DNA of 64,000 nt from Escherichia coli (GTDB lineage Bacteria > Pseudomonadota > Gammaproteobacteria > Enterobacterales > Enterobacteriaceae): assembly GCF_030013205.1 (NCBI RefSeq), contig NZ_CP122648.1; one strand, 5' to 3'. The notes beneath the pieces are model-generated. The model made no database searches. It was not told the DNA's origin and saw only the letters and a program-made list of their open reading frames with translations. How positions within the stretch are numbered: position 1 is the first letter of the stretch; every line of letters begins with the position of its first letter. Made by a program: the position numbers and the translations under genes. Below, piece by piece: positions 32,825 to 44,249 of this stretch.

Positions 32825-35800
32825 TCAGAGGTTTTTATAACATGTCGCATGAGCAAACCCAAGCTTTTCATATACACTTTGCTCACCTGTTGCCAGAGAA
32901 ATTACGTATTGTTCGCTTGAGTTTGCGGGACTAGATGACCAATACATATTTGATTGAAAACCAGCTTCAGTCGTGTAATGCCCCATATCTCCCCATTCAC
33001 TGTACAGTGACCCGATGCCTCGGGAACGACTATGGTTTAAATGGTCTCCAAGGGGAAGTGTGTAGCCATTGCTACTGCAAAAATTTTCAGCAAGGCTGTA
33101 TATCATGAAAGCATCGCCGGCGTTCACCCACCAACTCTTCACTCGGATTTCGTATATATAGCTAGGGCCGCCTGTTTTTGGCGTCGCCGTAATCCTCTCC
33201 CATTTGCTGCCGACATTTTTAAATGTCACTTTACCGGTAGCATCAACATCGACCCAGGAGCCAGAGCTTGAAAACTCATAATCAGCCGCCGTTTTTCCTG
33301 GAGCAAAGTTGTCATTATTCAACTGATAATACGCCCCGGTGAATCCCTGCGAAGGGAATGTAGTTGTTGGTAGGTTAGCACCATTGACCAACACTGTACC
33401 GCTCATTATTTTGTCTTCTGCGCGAGTGAATTGTATTGTGGTACTCAGACCCGCTTGATGAACACCATTCAATACAGGGATCAGCGTTGCGATACCCTCT
33501 CCGCCGCCTGTAACAGTGGCTTTGTAATCACCGTTGATATTTTGACTGTAATCAATTGCGCTAATTTTCACATAGGGCACGTTAGTACCTGATTGCACAA
33601 ATTCCATCCCTTCAGAAACTTTGATCGGATTGCCTGATATATCGTACAAAACAAGATGTAGCTCAGCACTATCGGTATAGTCCCCTTTCAGTGATGACCG
33701 ATTGTTCTTAAGGACGGACTGCGAGGCGTCAGCCGGGCCTGCCACCAGCGTTATATCTACTGTTTGCATTCCACCAGCGGTCGTGACTGCGCTTACCGTG
33801 ACGCTACCTGTCATCGCTCCTTTCACGCTTGTTGTCGCGATTCCGTTTTGATCGGTCACCGCTGTTAATGACGTTAATGTGGCAGAGCCGCTTTTTAAGG
33901 TGAAGTACACAGTGAGACCTTCGATCAGGTTACCACTGCCATCCTCAACCGTTGCCTTTAAGGTACTTAAATCACTGTTGGTGGCGGCGATAGTCGATGG
34001 ATCAGCGATAAAGCTAGCAACATGTGCGGTGCTTGAGTTGCCAGTGACTTTCACGGTTGTCTGTGTCTGTATTGTTACGCCGTTATGGAACGATGCAGTC
34101 ACCGTATATGTACCGACTTTATTGCTGGTCAGAACGACTGGTGCCTGACCTGAAGAGTTGGTTCTCACTTTTCCGCCACTTAACGTTGCACCTTCTGGCG
34201 TTACGCTAAAGTTGATGACCTGACCTTCCACTGGAGTGCCATTTGCAGAAGTTAGCGTTGCCGTCAGAGTTGCACCTGTTGGGGAATTGACACCGATAAG
34301 CGGGCTGGACGCCGTGAGTGTCAGTTTTTCATCAATAGCCTCCAGTTGTTTCTCAATTGAGGCTCCATTCGCCAGGGATGCTTTCACCATATACGAACCG
34401 TTTCTTTCGGGCGTCATGGTGACCTCGGCTATACCCTGCGTATTAGTAGACACCGTATTCTGGCTGATGATCATTTGCGAGGATGGCTCTGCACTGAATG
34501 TCACGGGTTGATGCGCAACCGGGTTGCCAAACTGGTCGTTAACGTGAGCTTTAACTGCTACGTCTTGTGCGACCATTACCTGACCTTCAGGTATCTCCAG
34601 ACTGGTAAACGTCGCAGAATTAACATCTGCACTGGCATTCAGTAATCGCGAGATGACTTCAGTAGGTTTATCTGCCAGAGAGGCTGAAACTGTTTTCAGT
34701 CCGACCTCGGTGCTTGTCACAAGAATTTCAGCGAATCCCTGACTATCCGTTTCAACGCTGGTGCTGCTTAGCGTGACGGAGGTTCCGCGGAAATTAACTT
34801 TTATGCCTTCTACCGGGTTGCCGTTAGCGTCAGTGACGCTTGCCGTCATGGTTGCGCCCTCGGTCGTGCTGACGACGAATGAGTATACAGAGGTTAAGGA
34901 GGTCAGTTTTGCGGTACCAGCATCGGCAATCAACGTCACCTGTTTCGTATCACTGACACCATAATTGTTCACGCTAACTGTCACGGGGTAGGTGCCGGAT
35001 TTTGTACCGCTCAGTGTAACTTCAGCCTTGCCGTTGATGTCTGTAATGGCGGAACCGCCTTGTCCGAGAGTGAAGCTTGCGCTCACATCTGCCGGTAGCG
35101 TGAATGTCACCGCCTCATTGGCTAACGGGTTGCCGTTTCCATCAGTCACTGTTGCCTGAAGTGTGGTCATCCCAACGTTATTGGCGATAAAGTTGTCCTC
35201 GGTAACGTTAAGATTAACCTGCGCAGTGAGCGTATCCGCAGTAAAGTTCACCACCAGTTGTCCGCTCTTACCGCCAGCCATCGATGCTGTAACAGTATGA
35301 GCGCCTGCTTTTGTACCTTTCAGCGTGACTTTCGCTTTGCCTTCAGTATCCGTAATCGCTTTACCGCCATCGCTCAGCGTGAAGTTCGCCCTCACATCTT
35401 CCGGCAGAGTAAATGTTACCTCAGTGTTGGCTATCGCATTGCCCTCTGTATCAGCGACTGTTGCTGTGAGTGTCGTGAGATCGTTATTGTCGGCAATCAC
35501 CGGATCCTTAGAGGCTGCCAGCGAGATTTCAGCATTCGCGACGTTCGGCACATAGGTCACTGTTTGTTGCATCGAATCACCATTTTCGAGGGTTGCCGTC
35601 ACTTGATAAACCCCGGCTTTTGTAGCGGTAAAGCTTGCGTAAAAATTGCCGTAGTAGTTGGTAGTATATATACCAGTTATTACTGGGGGTCACGCCTTCA
35701 CTTGGTGAAACGCTGAGGGTCACCTGATGCTGGGGGACACCGTTGCCGTAATTATCCTTCACCTCAATATACAGACTGGTTGTCTCGCCTGCGGAGACTG

Positions 35801-37604
35801 TATCAAAAAGTGCATGTAGCAAAGTGAGATGTGCCGTAGACGCATCAGCATTGACATTAATTGATGTGCTAAGCGTGGAGCTACCATTTTCCAGACTGGC
35901 CTCAACGGTATCTGGTCTCGCTCCTGATTCTATCGAGGAGCGGGTATTGGTATAAGTGACGGTAGCCTTACCCTGTTCGTTCGTTACGGCTTGGCCGCCA
36001 TTCGTCATTTCGGCAGAGTTTGTTCTGCTGGTGAAGTTCACAGTCACACCTTTCACCGGAAAGCCATTATTATCAACGACTGTGGCGGTAATGACGCTGC
36101 CGGTGCTGTTCTGCGGGGTACCGGCGAATATGCTGTCTGGGACAGGCGTCAACTCGATAATTTTTGCCGCCGCTGTGTCGCCAATAAAATGCACAGTTTT
36201 GTTGTCGCTGGCACCAGTATTAGCCAGTGATGCAGTAACAGTCTGCTCACCAAAGGCAACGCCTGCGAGAGTGGCCTGCGCGATGCCAGACTCATTGGTA
36301 TTACTTTCCCCTGGGGTCAGGGTGAGGCCTGAAGAAGCTGTGCTGAATGTTACCGGAAGATTGTTCACCTCATTGTCGAACTGATCTTTGACCGTTGCAG
36401 TTAGCGTTGCGCTATCGACGCCATTACCTGTTATCTCATTTTTTGATATCTGCAGGACAACCTGAGCCGAGGTTTTGTCCGCCACAAACGTTACCGGCTG
36501 CGAATCACTGGTATTGTTATTACTCAGCGTTACGGTAACCGTATGCGTGCCCGCTTTTTTGCCTTTGAGGGTGACATGCGCTTCGCCATTGGCCTGAGTG
36601 ATGGCAATACCGTTATTTTCGAGGGTAAAGTTTGCCGCAACGTCCTGTGGCATGGTGAAGTTCACGGTTATTCCCGCCACCGGATGATTCGACGGATCTT
36701 TCACCGTTGCCGTCAGCTGCACGCTGTCGCTGTTATTCGTCACCACCTGTTGAGCAGGGATATTCAGCGTGACCTGCGCGTTGCTGGCATCGGGCGCAAT
36801 ATTGACTGTCTTCGTATCGTTGTTGCCGTTAGGCAGTGTGGCTTCGGCTGTATGAACACCCAAAACCGTGCCCTTAAGGGTAACTTCAGCAACACCACTG
36901 TCGTTTGTATTGCTCGTGCTCTGACTAAGTTGTGTATCAGCCGGGTTAGTACTAAAGGTGACCGGTAGATCTATTACTACGTTATCAAAAGGATCTTTCA
37001 CTGTTGCTGTCAGCGTTGTCTCATCCACGCCATTCCCAATGATTTCCGCTTTCGAGGTTTGCAGAACGACAACTGCGCTGTCCTTATCCGCCACGAATGT
37101 GACTGGCTGCGCATCGCTGGCATTATTGTTACCCAGCGTTGCGGTAACCGTATGCGTGCCCGCTTTTTTACCTTTGAGCGTGACATGCGCTTCCCCATTG
37201 GCCTGAGTGATGGCAATACCGTTATTTTCGAGGGTAAAGTTTGCCGCAACGTCCTGTGGCATGGTGAAGTTCACCGTTATTCCCGCCACCGGATGATTCG
37301 ACGGATCTTTCACCGTTGCCGTCAGCTGCACGCTGTCGCTGTTATTCGTCACCACCTGTTGAGCAGGGATGTTCAGGGTGACCTGCGCGTTGCTGGTATC
37401 GGGCGCAATATTGACTGTCTTCGTATCTCTATTGCCGTTACCCGCAGTTAAGCGGCGTAGTTTAATTCCCATCCCGCATAAAATTTGTCTGTCATTTATT
37501 TCTTCTCCACTTCTCTTCTTCGTAGCCATGCTTACCTTCCCTGAACGAGCTAACATAAATGCGCCCTTTCTAGCACAGCGAAAAAATATAAATCCTGATA
37601 GCAA
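32825..37604 (-). pseudogene. yeeJ: yeeJ-like inverse-autotransporter adhesin (Big-domain repeats), frameshifted and apparently lacking the beta-barrel region
   Basis: Two overlapping ORFs in different frames (35577-37604, 32825-35602); MATKKRSGEEINDRQILCGMGIKLRRLTAG runs straight into Ig-like repeats; C-terminal lectin-like end ...FAHATCYKNL. Confidence 0.75.
36480..37440. repeat. near-identical ~600 bp tandem duplication inside yeeJ (Big-domain coding repeats)
   Basis: 36541-36850 and 37141-37450 nearly identical at DNA level; protein motif NGN(R/N)DTKTVNIAPD(T/A)SNAQVTLNIPAQQ repeated. Confidence 0.7.
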
Positions 37605-37841
37605 TATGATTGAAAATTAATAACTTTTCGTTAGGTAGTTTTGGGTGTGAGTTGCAAGAGGGGAGACTACTGAATTACTCAAGTTTTATAATCGAGGGGA
37701 AAATGGTGATGGCGTCCATAGCAAAACGCCCTCAACCATTAAGGTCGAGGGCGCTTAAGATGTCAAAAACCCGCTATCCGTTAAAAAGCAATGCTCAACT
37801 AAGATCAGTGACATTGCGCTAAAAAGCGAATTTTTAGAATT

Positions 37842-37917
37842 TGGCTCCTCTGACTGGACTCGAACCAGTGACATACGGATTAACAGTCCGCCGTTCTACC
37901 GACTGAACTACAGAGGA
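37842..37917 (-). tRNA. asnT: tRNA-Asn (GUU)
   Basis: Reverse complement identical to the other Asn tRNAs. Confidence 0.9.
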
Positions 37918-38017
37918 ATCGTGTGAACGGGGCGCATATTACTTAGCGGTACCTTGTCTGTCAACACTAAATTTCATAAGTCATTTCAATTGGTTAATTA
38001 ATCTGCAAAGTTGTTAA

Positions 38018-38815
38018 TTAATGAACATTCGTCGCCGAAAACGAGTCTGTATCATTAGCGTGATGCAGTCTCTGCAAAGGATCTTGTTGATAAAATTGGC
38101 AGAAACGTTGCCACAATGAAGGGAAACGAGGAGCAAAAAGTTCTGGGGCGCTAAAGAAATATTCAGAAAGTACGGCAAAACACTCAGCAGGATCACTGGC
38201 AGCATAAGCATCGATGCTCGCCGCATTCTCGCCAACTAATTCGATTTCTTCCTGAATATTGTTCATTGCAGCATGAAGATCGTGTTCCCAGCCAGCAACC
38301 TCACGCAACGGAATAAAGGGAACTCCGCTGGCGCGATCGCCGTTACGGGTGTCCAGCTTATGAGCGACTTCATGAATAATCAGGTTAAAACCAGAAGCAT
38401 CAAAAGAATCTTGTATATCCAACCAGTTCAAAACGATAGGCCCTTGCTGCCAGCTCTGACCTGACTGAACAATACGTTGGTTATGCACCAAACCGATATC
38501 GTCTTCCCATTCATCATCGACCACAAATGGCGCAGGATAAATTAAGACTTCATGAAAACCATCCAGCCATTCCAGTCCTAACTCCAGAACGGGAAGGCAA
38601 AATAGAAGTGCTATCCGGCAGCTTCTTAATGAATCCAGTTCAAAGCCCTGTAAAGGAACAAGCCGCTTTTGCTGTAAAAAACGTTCGGCAAGAGTGACTA
38701 ATTTGCTTTGTTCCTGTTCCGTCAGACACGTTAAAAGGGGGATCGATAGTGCTTCCTGCCAGGGAAGGGCAGTTTGATGTGCTGATTCTTGTACTTTCCA
38801 GGGCCACTTAATCAT
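38018..38815 (-). CDS. mtfA: Mlc titration factor A (zinc-dependent peptidase family)
   Basis: ORF 38018-38854; start at [23 protein letters not shown]...; HEVAH motif. Confidence 0.9.
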   Translation of the reverse strand: MIKWPWKVQESAHQTALPWQEALSIPLLTCLTEQEQSKLVTLAERFLQQKRLVPLQGFELDSLRSCRIALLFCLPVLELGLEWLDGFHEVLIYPAPFVVDDEWEDDIGLVHNQRIVQSGQSWQQGPIVLNWLDIQDSFDASGFNLIIHEVAHKLDTRNGDRASGVPFIPLREVAGWEHDLHAAMNNIQEEIELVGENAASIDAYAASDPAECFAVLSEYFFSAPELFAPRFPSLWQRFCQFYQQDPLQRLHHANDTDSFSATNVH

Positions 38816-38907
38816 CGTTTTGCTCGCAAACTCGTCACTTGAACAAAATTGCACGGACAGGGACTGTTAAAATGCCAAATTTCCTGGCATCATGGCAACC
38901 ATCTGAA

Positions 38908-38998
38908 CGGAGAGATGCCGGAGCGGCTGAACGGACCGGTCTCGAAAACCGGAGTGGGGGCAACTCCACCGGGGGTTCAAATCCCCCTCTCTCCGCCA
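38908..38998 (+). tRNA. serU: tRNA-Ser (CGA); attachment site of the prophage that follows
   Basis: ggagagatgccggagcggctgaacggaccggtctCGAaaaccgg...long variable arm...ggttcaaatccccctctctccgcca. Confidence 0.85.
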
Positions 38999-39050
38999 AA
39001 ATTCAATCACTTACACATCATTAAGTCAGTGACAAAAATCACACTTGGAA

Positions 39051-40076
39051 TTACTTGGAATATTTTCTTGGAATATTTTCAGGTAACGGGACATCAAGTG
39101 TTGGTGAAACTTTAACCTTTCTGTCATAGATTAGCACTTGCCCTTCGGTTTTGTGACCAGAGAAAAGTTGCTTATCCCGGCTGCTTCCTTCATAGTCTGA
39201 AATTCCTTTCGCCTTCAGATCATGAAAGGTGAAGTCGGTTAAAATACCTGAAATTTTGCCTGCGCGATTTCTTGCTTCTACCCACATTTCGTTAAAGCCT
39301 TTGTACATATATCGGTTGCCGTATTGATTGCTGATCACATAGGCAGATTTTGGTAACTGTTTTGCTTTTTCGATCGCTGCCTGTAATCGTGGACTCCATG
39401 CTTTTATCTGTTTTTTTCCGGTTTTCCCTTGCTGGATGAATATCCCGTCGTTTCCAATCTGTTCCCATTTCAGCGATAACACATCGGAAACCCTCGCTGC
39501 ACACAGATAGGCAATTTCCATTGCGATAAAAACAGGAAGAGGTGCAACGCTTAATACTGCCTGGTATTCTTTGTCGGTTACATATCGTTCGCGGTTTTTG
39601 GCCTTGAATTTACTTACACCTGCACATGGGTTAGCCTTCACGTACCCTCGCTCATACCCCCAACTGTAAACACGGGACATACGGCTTTTTTCATGGTTGG
39701 CTTGCGTTTTACTCTGCTCCCCTCTTTTGTCCATGTATCGACGGATGTGTTCTGGTTTTATGGAATCCGCTGGTACCTTACCGAATACGGCAAGCAACTT
39801 TTTTTGATGTTGCAGATAATCTTTTTGTGTTCTTGGACTAAGGTCACTGTAATAGGCGCTGGCGAGGAATTTTTCCCACAAGCGACCGAATGTCATTGCA
39901 CGATCGCGATTATTTACAGTTTCCTCATACTTTTTCCATAAAGCAGCCAAACCATCCTTGATGGCGGTTAGTGTGACAGATTCTCTGGATGTTGGTTTCC
40001 ATACATAACTATATTTATTTGGGTATACATTTGGAGGTAATTTTTCGTGTTCAGGATTTTTCCTTCGTCTTCCCAT
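39051..40076 (-). CDS. int: lambdoid phage tyrosine integrase
   Basis: 341 aa ORF adjacent to the tRNA-Ser 3' end; integrase-like C-terminal catalytic region. Confidence 0.85.
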   Translation of the reverse strand: MGRRRKNPEHEKLPPNVYPNKYSYVWKPTSRESVTLTAIKDGLAALWKKYEETVNNRDRAMTFGRLWEKFLASAYYSDLSPRTQKDYLQHQKKLLAVFGKVPADSIKPEHIRRYMDKRGEQSKTQANHEKSRMSRVYSWGYERGYVKANPCAGVSKFKAKNRERYVTDKEYQAVLSVAPLPVFIAMEIAYLCAARVSDVLSLKWEQIGNDGIFIQQGKTGKKQIKAWSPRLQAAIEKAKQLPKSAYVISNQYGNRYMYKGFNEMWVEARNRAGKISGILTDFTFHDLKAKGISDYEGSSRDKQLFSGHKTEGQVLIYDRKVKVSPTLDVPLPENIPRKYSK

Positions 40077-40279
40077 CAGATCGCACCAAAATTCGGCTCT
40101 ACCTCGCGTGGTGGTAAAGTTTTATTGCAGGTAAATAGATCCCGGCTGACAATCGGTTTGCCACTACGATTGGTATAGAACGGAAGCCCGTTTTCCATTA
40201 ACCATTTTCGCTGGTGGCTTGCATATTTGCAGCCCGTTAATATTAGCAATTCATCTTCGGTTAAAAATAAGCTGCTCAT
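40076..40279 (-). CDS. xis: excisionase-like protein
   Basis: 67 aa ORF overlapping the int start, in the expected xis position. Confidence 0.6.
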   Translation of the reverse strand: MSSLFLTEDELLILTGCKYASHQRKWLMENGLPFYTNRSGKPIVSRDLFTCNKTLPPREVEPNFGAI

Positions 40280-40337
40280 AGCTATATCTCATAACCGCCG
40301 CTAACTATATACGGTTAGCGGCAATTAGGGTTGAACA

Positions 40338-42779
40338 TTAAAAATCAGCCTGACTCGGGATCAGTTTTTGCCAGATAGCTGAAACGTATTTTGCCTGGTA
40401 ACGAGCGTCATCAAGTGCATTATGGCGCTCACCTTCGAATGGGATAGCAGTTCTGGCATCGAAGTCTATGGCTTTCCCCAGCTCAACGATTGTGCGTACA
40501 TCGCGATCGTTGCAGTAGCGCCACGGGCAGGGGATACCCTGTCGTTCGTATGAACGGCGTAAAATCACGTTGTCGAAGTTGGCCCCATTACCCCAGACCT
40601 GAACAAAAAATTCACCGGAGTTTTCGGCGATAAATTCCCGCAATTGCAGTAGTGCATCATCTAACGGGATTTCATCGGTCATAATGGCAGACTGCGCTTC
40701 ACGTGATTGCTTCAGCCACCATTTAATGACGTCACGATCAATGACTCCGCCAGCAGTATCCAGATCGATGGTCTTGCTAAATTCCGGTCCCATATCTCCG
40801 GTTTGTGGATCGAAAAATATTGCGCCTATTGAGATAATCGGGGCATCGGGATTTTTTCCCATGGTTTCAAGGTCGATCATCAGATGAATCCCCGCTCTGC
40901 TGGTGGATGTGAGCTTATGATGACCATTCACCTTAATTAAGGGATCTGTCGCCTCGCCAGTTTTATTATCGCTGGCGTGATGCTGATTGCCGCTAGGGTT
41001 CTCCTTGTGTGGATGTTCAGCGCCTTCCATTTCCTCCGGATCATTTTCCTGAACTTCAACCTGATTCTCTTCATCGAATGTTTCCTGGTATGTTGCGTCG
41101 CCCATCACCGCGCCACAATCAGGGCAGTTGCCGCCACCGCTCTGACCGCAGGCGGTGCAGACTTTTTCCGGTTCCTGTTGCGCTACTGGTTCGGATTGTT
41201 TCGTTTCTGGCTCGTTTTGTAACGCATTTGGGCTGTTTTGTTCCGCTTTTTGGTCGTTCCGTTCCGATTCATGCTGGTTCTGGTTCACAGAATCGCGAGT
41301 CTGGATCCCCTTGACCCATTTCGGATCATTAGGGTCGCTAATCCCCTCAACAAATTCACCACGCGATACAGCAAGTAACTTATCGGCGTCAGGCTGGCTG
41401 ATATTGGCTGCCTGCATAATTTTGTTTACTTCGTCAGCGGTGACTTTTACTTGGTTAGCGGAACTCACCTGCGACTGAGCATCCAGCGACTGCGCGTTCT
41501 GGCAATGTTCAGTTGTATCCGGTTCCATTGTTTCAGTTGTTGCCTGTTCACCTGCCATTGCGTCAGATGGTTGTGGTTTTTCTTCTTCTGTTTCACGCTC
41601 AGTAACCACCTCGCGGTTAATTTCTTCCAGGATATCTTTTTCCGGCGTATGCCGGGCAGCTGTGAGAGTTTCCTTGCTGGGGTTCTCGTGATCAGTTTCC
41701 GTCAAATAGGCGTTGATATACCCCTGAAGGCGTCCCGGGTAGTGATAAAATTCAGGGTGTGCGCTTCGGATAAGTGCAAAAATAGCGGCGCGGGAATAGT
41801 CCAGAACACCCGGGGTTGCACGAAGTGCTGCGGACCATTCTTTGAACGGACTTTCTTTTTTCAGGACTACTTCTTTTGCGCGACGATAAACGCTGCCGGG
41901 AATTTCATAAATATTAAAATCCATCGGAAGTGTGGCTGCTGCAATCTCCACATCCAGTGTGTCGAGGGTGTGTACTAAATTCGGATTGCGATCGGTTTTG
42001 TTCCCACCGCCAGCATTAGCACCGGAAGCCGTGCGGGTGATGCGTGAAACACGATTTCCTTTCATCCACTCTTTTGTCAGCAGACCCCGATCAGTGTAGT
42101 CAGCGTCCAGGTATGCTTCGAAAAAAGCAGTTATTAGTCCCAGGTATGAATTACCAGGATTAGGGAAAACTTTGTCAGTGTCACGAACCAGTTTGTGGAG
42201 GTCGCGAATCTCCAGCGAGTCGAGCAGACTGGTTTTATGCGAAATAGCCAGGGCAGTAACAGCCGGTAGTTCTTCAGCCCGTGCAATGTGTAATGCCTGG
42301 AGTTCGTCGCGTGAGACGTGCGTTACTGGTTTTTCGCTGCCGTGTTGAGCAAGCCAACGAATGGGCAGTTCCTGACCGGAGACAGGCAGAAGCATGCTCT
42401 CCTCAATCTCAGTCATGTCTTCGCCGTTGATGTTGGTATTGTCAGTGCTGGCTGGTTTGTCCTGAACAGAGGGGGAAGGGCCGATAAATGTCATTGTGAT
42501 GCCATCTTTCCCGCCTTTTTCATAGCGGTTGCAGAATTCAGTGTCAAACACGCCTTCTGGCGGAAGGTCGTCAACAACGGGCAAATTGACGCGGACGGGT
42601 TTTTTAAAGTCGTCTTCATCATAATCGTTGTCATCCATTGCGGTAATGCAGCGGGAGATTGCAACAGATAATTTTTTTGCTGTAGTCCAGTAAAAACCAC
42701 CTTTAATTCCCAGGCGTTTTCTTACTTTGTCATTTTTTGCTTCGCAATATAGTGCAAATTCTTCTTTATCAGTGCTCAT
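40338..42779 (-). CDS. prophage exonuclease with C-terminal DnaQ-like (DEDDh) 3'-5' exonuclease domain and internal CxxC...CxxC ribbon
   Basis: 813 aa; C-terminal motifs HLMIDLETMG...GNGANFDNVIL...HNALDDARY; proteins of this build are often annotated exodeoxyribonuclease VIII-like. Confidence 0.55.
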   Translation of the reverse strand: MSTDKEEFALYCEAKNDKVRKRLGIKGGFYWTTAKKLSVAISRCITAMDDNDYDEDDFKKPVRVNLPVVDDLPPEGVFDTEFCNRYEKGGKDGITMTFIGPSPSVQDKPASTDNTNINGEDMTEIEESMLLPVSGQELPIRWLAQHGSEKPVTHVSRDELQALHIARAEELPAVTALAISHKTSLLDSLEIRDLHKLVRDTDKVFPNPGNSYLGLITAFFEAYLDADYTDRGLLTKEWMKGNRVSRITRTASGANAGGGNKTDRNPNLVHTLDTLDVEIAAATLPMDFNIYEIPGSVYRRAKEVVLKKESPFKEWSAALRATPGVLDYSRAAIFALIRSAHPEFYHYPGRLQGYINAYLTETDHENPSKETLTAARHTPEKDILEEINREVVTERETEEEKPQPSDAMAGEQATTETMEPDTTEHCQNAQSLDAQSQVSSANQVKVTADEVNKIMQAANISQPDADKLLAVSRGEFVEGISDPNDPKWVKGIQTRDSVNQNQHESERNDQKAEQNSPNALQNEPETKQSEPVAQQEPEKVCTACGQSGGGNCPDCGAVMGDATYQETFDEENQVEVQENDPEEMEGAEHPHKENPSGNQHHASDNKTGEATDPLIKVNGHHKLTSTSRAGIHLMIDLETMGKNPDAPIISIGAIFFDPQTGDMGPEFSKTIDLDTAGGVIDRDVIKWWLKQSREAQSAIMTDEIPLDDALLQLREFIAENSGEFFVQVWGNGANFDNVILRRSYERQGIPCPWRYCNDRDVRTIVELGKAIDFDARTAIPFEGERHNALDDARYQAKYVSAIWQKLIPSQADF

Positions 42780-42987
42780 TATTGATAAACCTCATCACAG
42801 ATTTAAGGGTGAACAAATCTCTGCCATTGCTGACATATAAGAATGAAACTGGATATTTATTACGGTGCTGTTTTAAAATCCTGCCGGGATTTCGTTATCC
42901 TGGTGAATAACTTTATCGACCGGATAACAGTTGCCTGGAATTTTCTGTTCGGTTGCTGCGGCCATACATTCCGGTAATGACTCCAAC

Positions 42988-43491
42988 TTACTGATAGTGT
43001 TTTATGTTCAGATAATGCCCGATGACCTTGTCATGCAGCTCCACCGATTTTGAGAACGACAGTGACTTCCGTCCCAGCCTTGCCAGATGTTGTCTCAGAT
43101 TCAGGTTATGCCGCTCAATGCGCTGAGTATAACGCTTGCTGATAACGTGCAGCTTTCCCTTCAGGCGTGATTCATACAGCGGCCAGCCATCCGTCATCCA
43201 TACCACGACCTCAAAGGCCGACAGCAGGCTCAGAAGACGCTCCAGTGTGGCCAGAGTGCGTTCACCGAAGACGTGCGCCACAACCGTCCTCCGCATCCTG
43301 TCATACGCGTAAAACAGCCAGCGCTGACGTGATTTAGCACCGACGTAGCCCCACTGTTCGTCCATTTCAGCGCAGACAATCACATCACTGCCCGGTTGTA
43401 TGCGCGAGGTTACCGACTGCGGCCTGAGTTTTTTAAGTGGCGGAAAATCGTGTTGAGGCCAACGCCAATAATGCGTGCACTGGCGCGACAT
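42988..43491 (-). CDS. insB: IS1 transposase InsB
   Basis: Identical 167 aa product to the first copy. Confidence 0.9.
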   Translation of the reverse strand: MSRQCTHYWRWPQHDFPPLKKLRPQSVTSRIQPGSDVIVCAEMDEQWGYVGAKSRQRWLFYAYDRMRRTVVAHVFGERTLATLERLLSLLSAFEVVVWMTDGWPLYESRLKGKLHVISKRYTQRIERHNLNLRQHLARLGRKSLSFSKSVELHDKVIGHYLNIKHYQ

Positions 43492-43685
43492 CCGACGCCA
43501 TTCATGGCCATATCAATGATTTTCTGGTGCGTACCGGGCTGAGAGGCGGCGTAAGTGAACTGTAGTTGCCATGTTTTACGGCAGTGAGAGCAGAGATAGC
43601 GCTGATGTCCGGCGGTGCTTTTGCCGTTACGCACCACCCCGTCAGTAGCTGAACAGGAGGGACAGCTGATAGAAACAGAAGCCAC
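43410..43685 (-). CDS. insA: IS1 InsA
   Basis: Identical 91 aa product to the first copy. Confidence 0.9.
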   Translation of the reverse strand: MASVSISCPSCSATDGVVRNGKSTAGHQRYLCSHCRKTWQLQFTYAASQPGTHQKIIDMAMNGVGCRASARIIGVGLNTIFRHLKNSGRSR

Positions 43686-43833
43686 TGGAGCACCTCAAAA
43701 ACACCATCATACACTAAATCAGTAAGTTGGCAGCATCACCTACATTCCTGCATTGTTCTGTGAACACTGACTGCAATATCAACTGACTCTCCGGAAACAA
43801 GAAAAACCGTCAGAATAAGTGCAAATACTGGAT

Positions 43834-44022
43834 TCATTGTGCACATCCTTTTGGCATCAGACGTAAACGGGCCAGCATTGAAACAATGCATACTTTATTT
43901 AATAACTCCCGTTCGTGTTTTCTTTTGTTAATGGCCTCTTCAGTGAATACAGGATTACTGATAGTGACACCAATTTCAAAACAACCTTCAGACGTATTAA
44001 CGTTTGGTAATAACGTTTTCAT
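43834..44022 (-). CDS. dicB: cell-division inhibitor DicB homolog
   Basis: Internal start MKTLLPNVNTSEGCFEIGVTISNPVFTEEAINKRKHERELLNKVCIVSMLARLRLMPKGCAQ (62 aa), closely matching the DicB I recall from Qin. Confidence 0.75.
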   Translation of the reverse strand: MKTLLPNVNTSEGCFEIGVTISNPVFTEEAINKRKHERELLNKVCIVSMLARLRLMPKGCAQ

Positions 44023-44196
44023 TATCGCGCCCTCAACAATGAGTTTTGTGATGCGGTGCCTGGTGCCTCCAGGTGACGTTAACCAGTTAACAATTAACGC
44101 CGGATACAGAGAATCCACCCATAACACTGTTTTGGGTTTTAACTGTTCCGCGTGCGCTTAGCCGCATTCACCGCATCACAAAATTCACTTTAAAAA

Positions 44197-44249
44197 TGGC
44201 GGCAGAGCAGTCACGGAGTAAAACTGATACCGCCAAACGTCACCAGAAA
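44197..44249 (-). ncRNA. dicF: DicF small RNA
   Basis: Reverse complement reads tttctggtgacgtttggcggtatcagttttactccgtgactgctctgccgcc, just upstream of dicB. Confidence 0.7.

Larger units (their letters stand above)
42973..43740 (-). mobile_element. IS1 (768 bp), second copy, 8-bp target duplication tacattcc
   Basis: Same sequence and orientation as the first IS1; duplication at 42965-42972 and 43741-43748. Confidence 0.9.

Noticed and set aside
36480-37440. Possible CRISPR array suggested by the repeated sequence
   Set aside because: Repeat units are ~600 bp, protein-coding, with no short direct repeats and unique spacers; no CRISPR array was seen anywhere in the window.
33041-37620. Plus-strand ORFs within yeeJ (e.g. 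35258-35716, 35956-36384, 36543-36968, 37059-37451)
   Set aside because: Antisense or out-of-frame reads of the Ig-repeat coding sequence; the paralogous pairs simply mirror the tandem DNA duplication.
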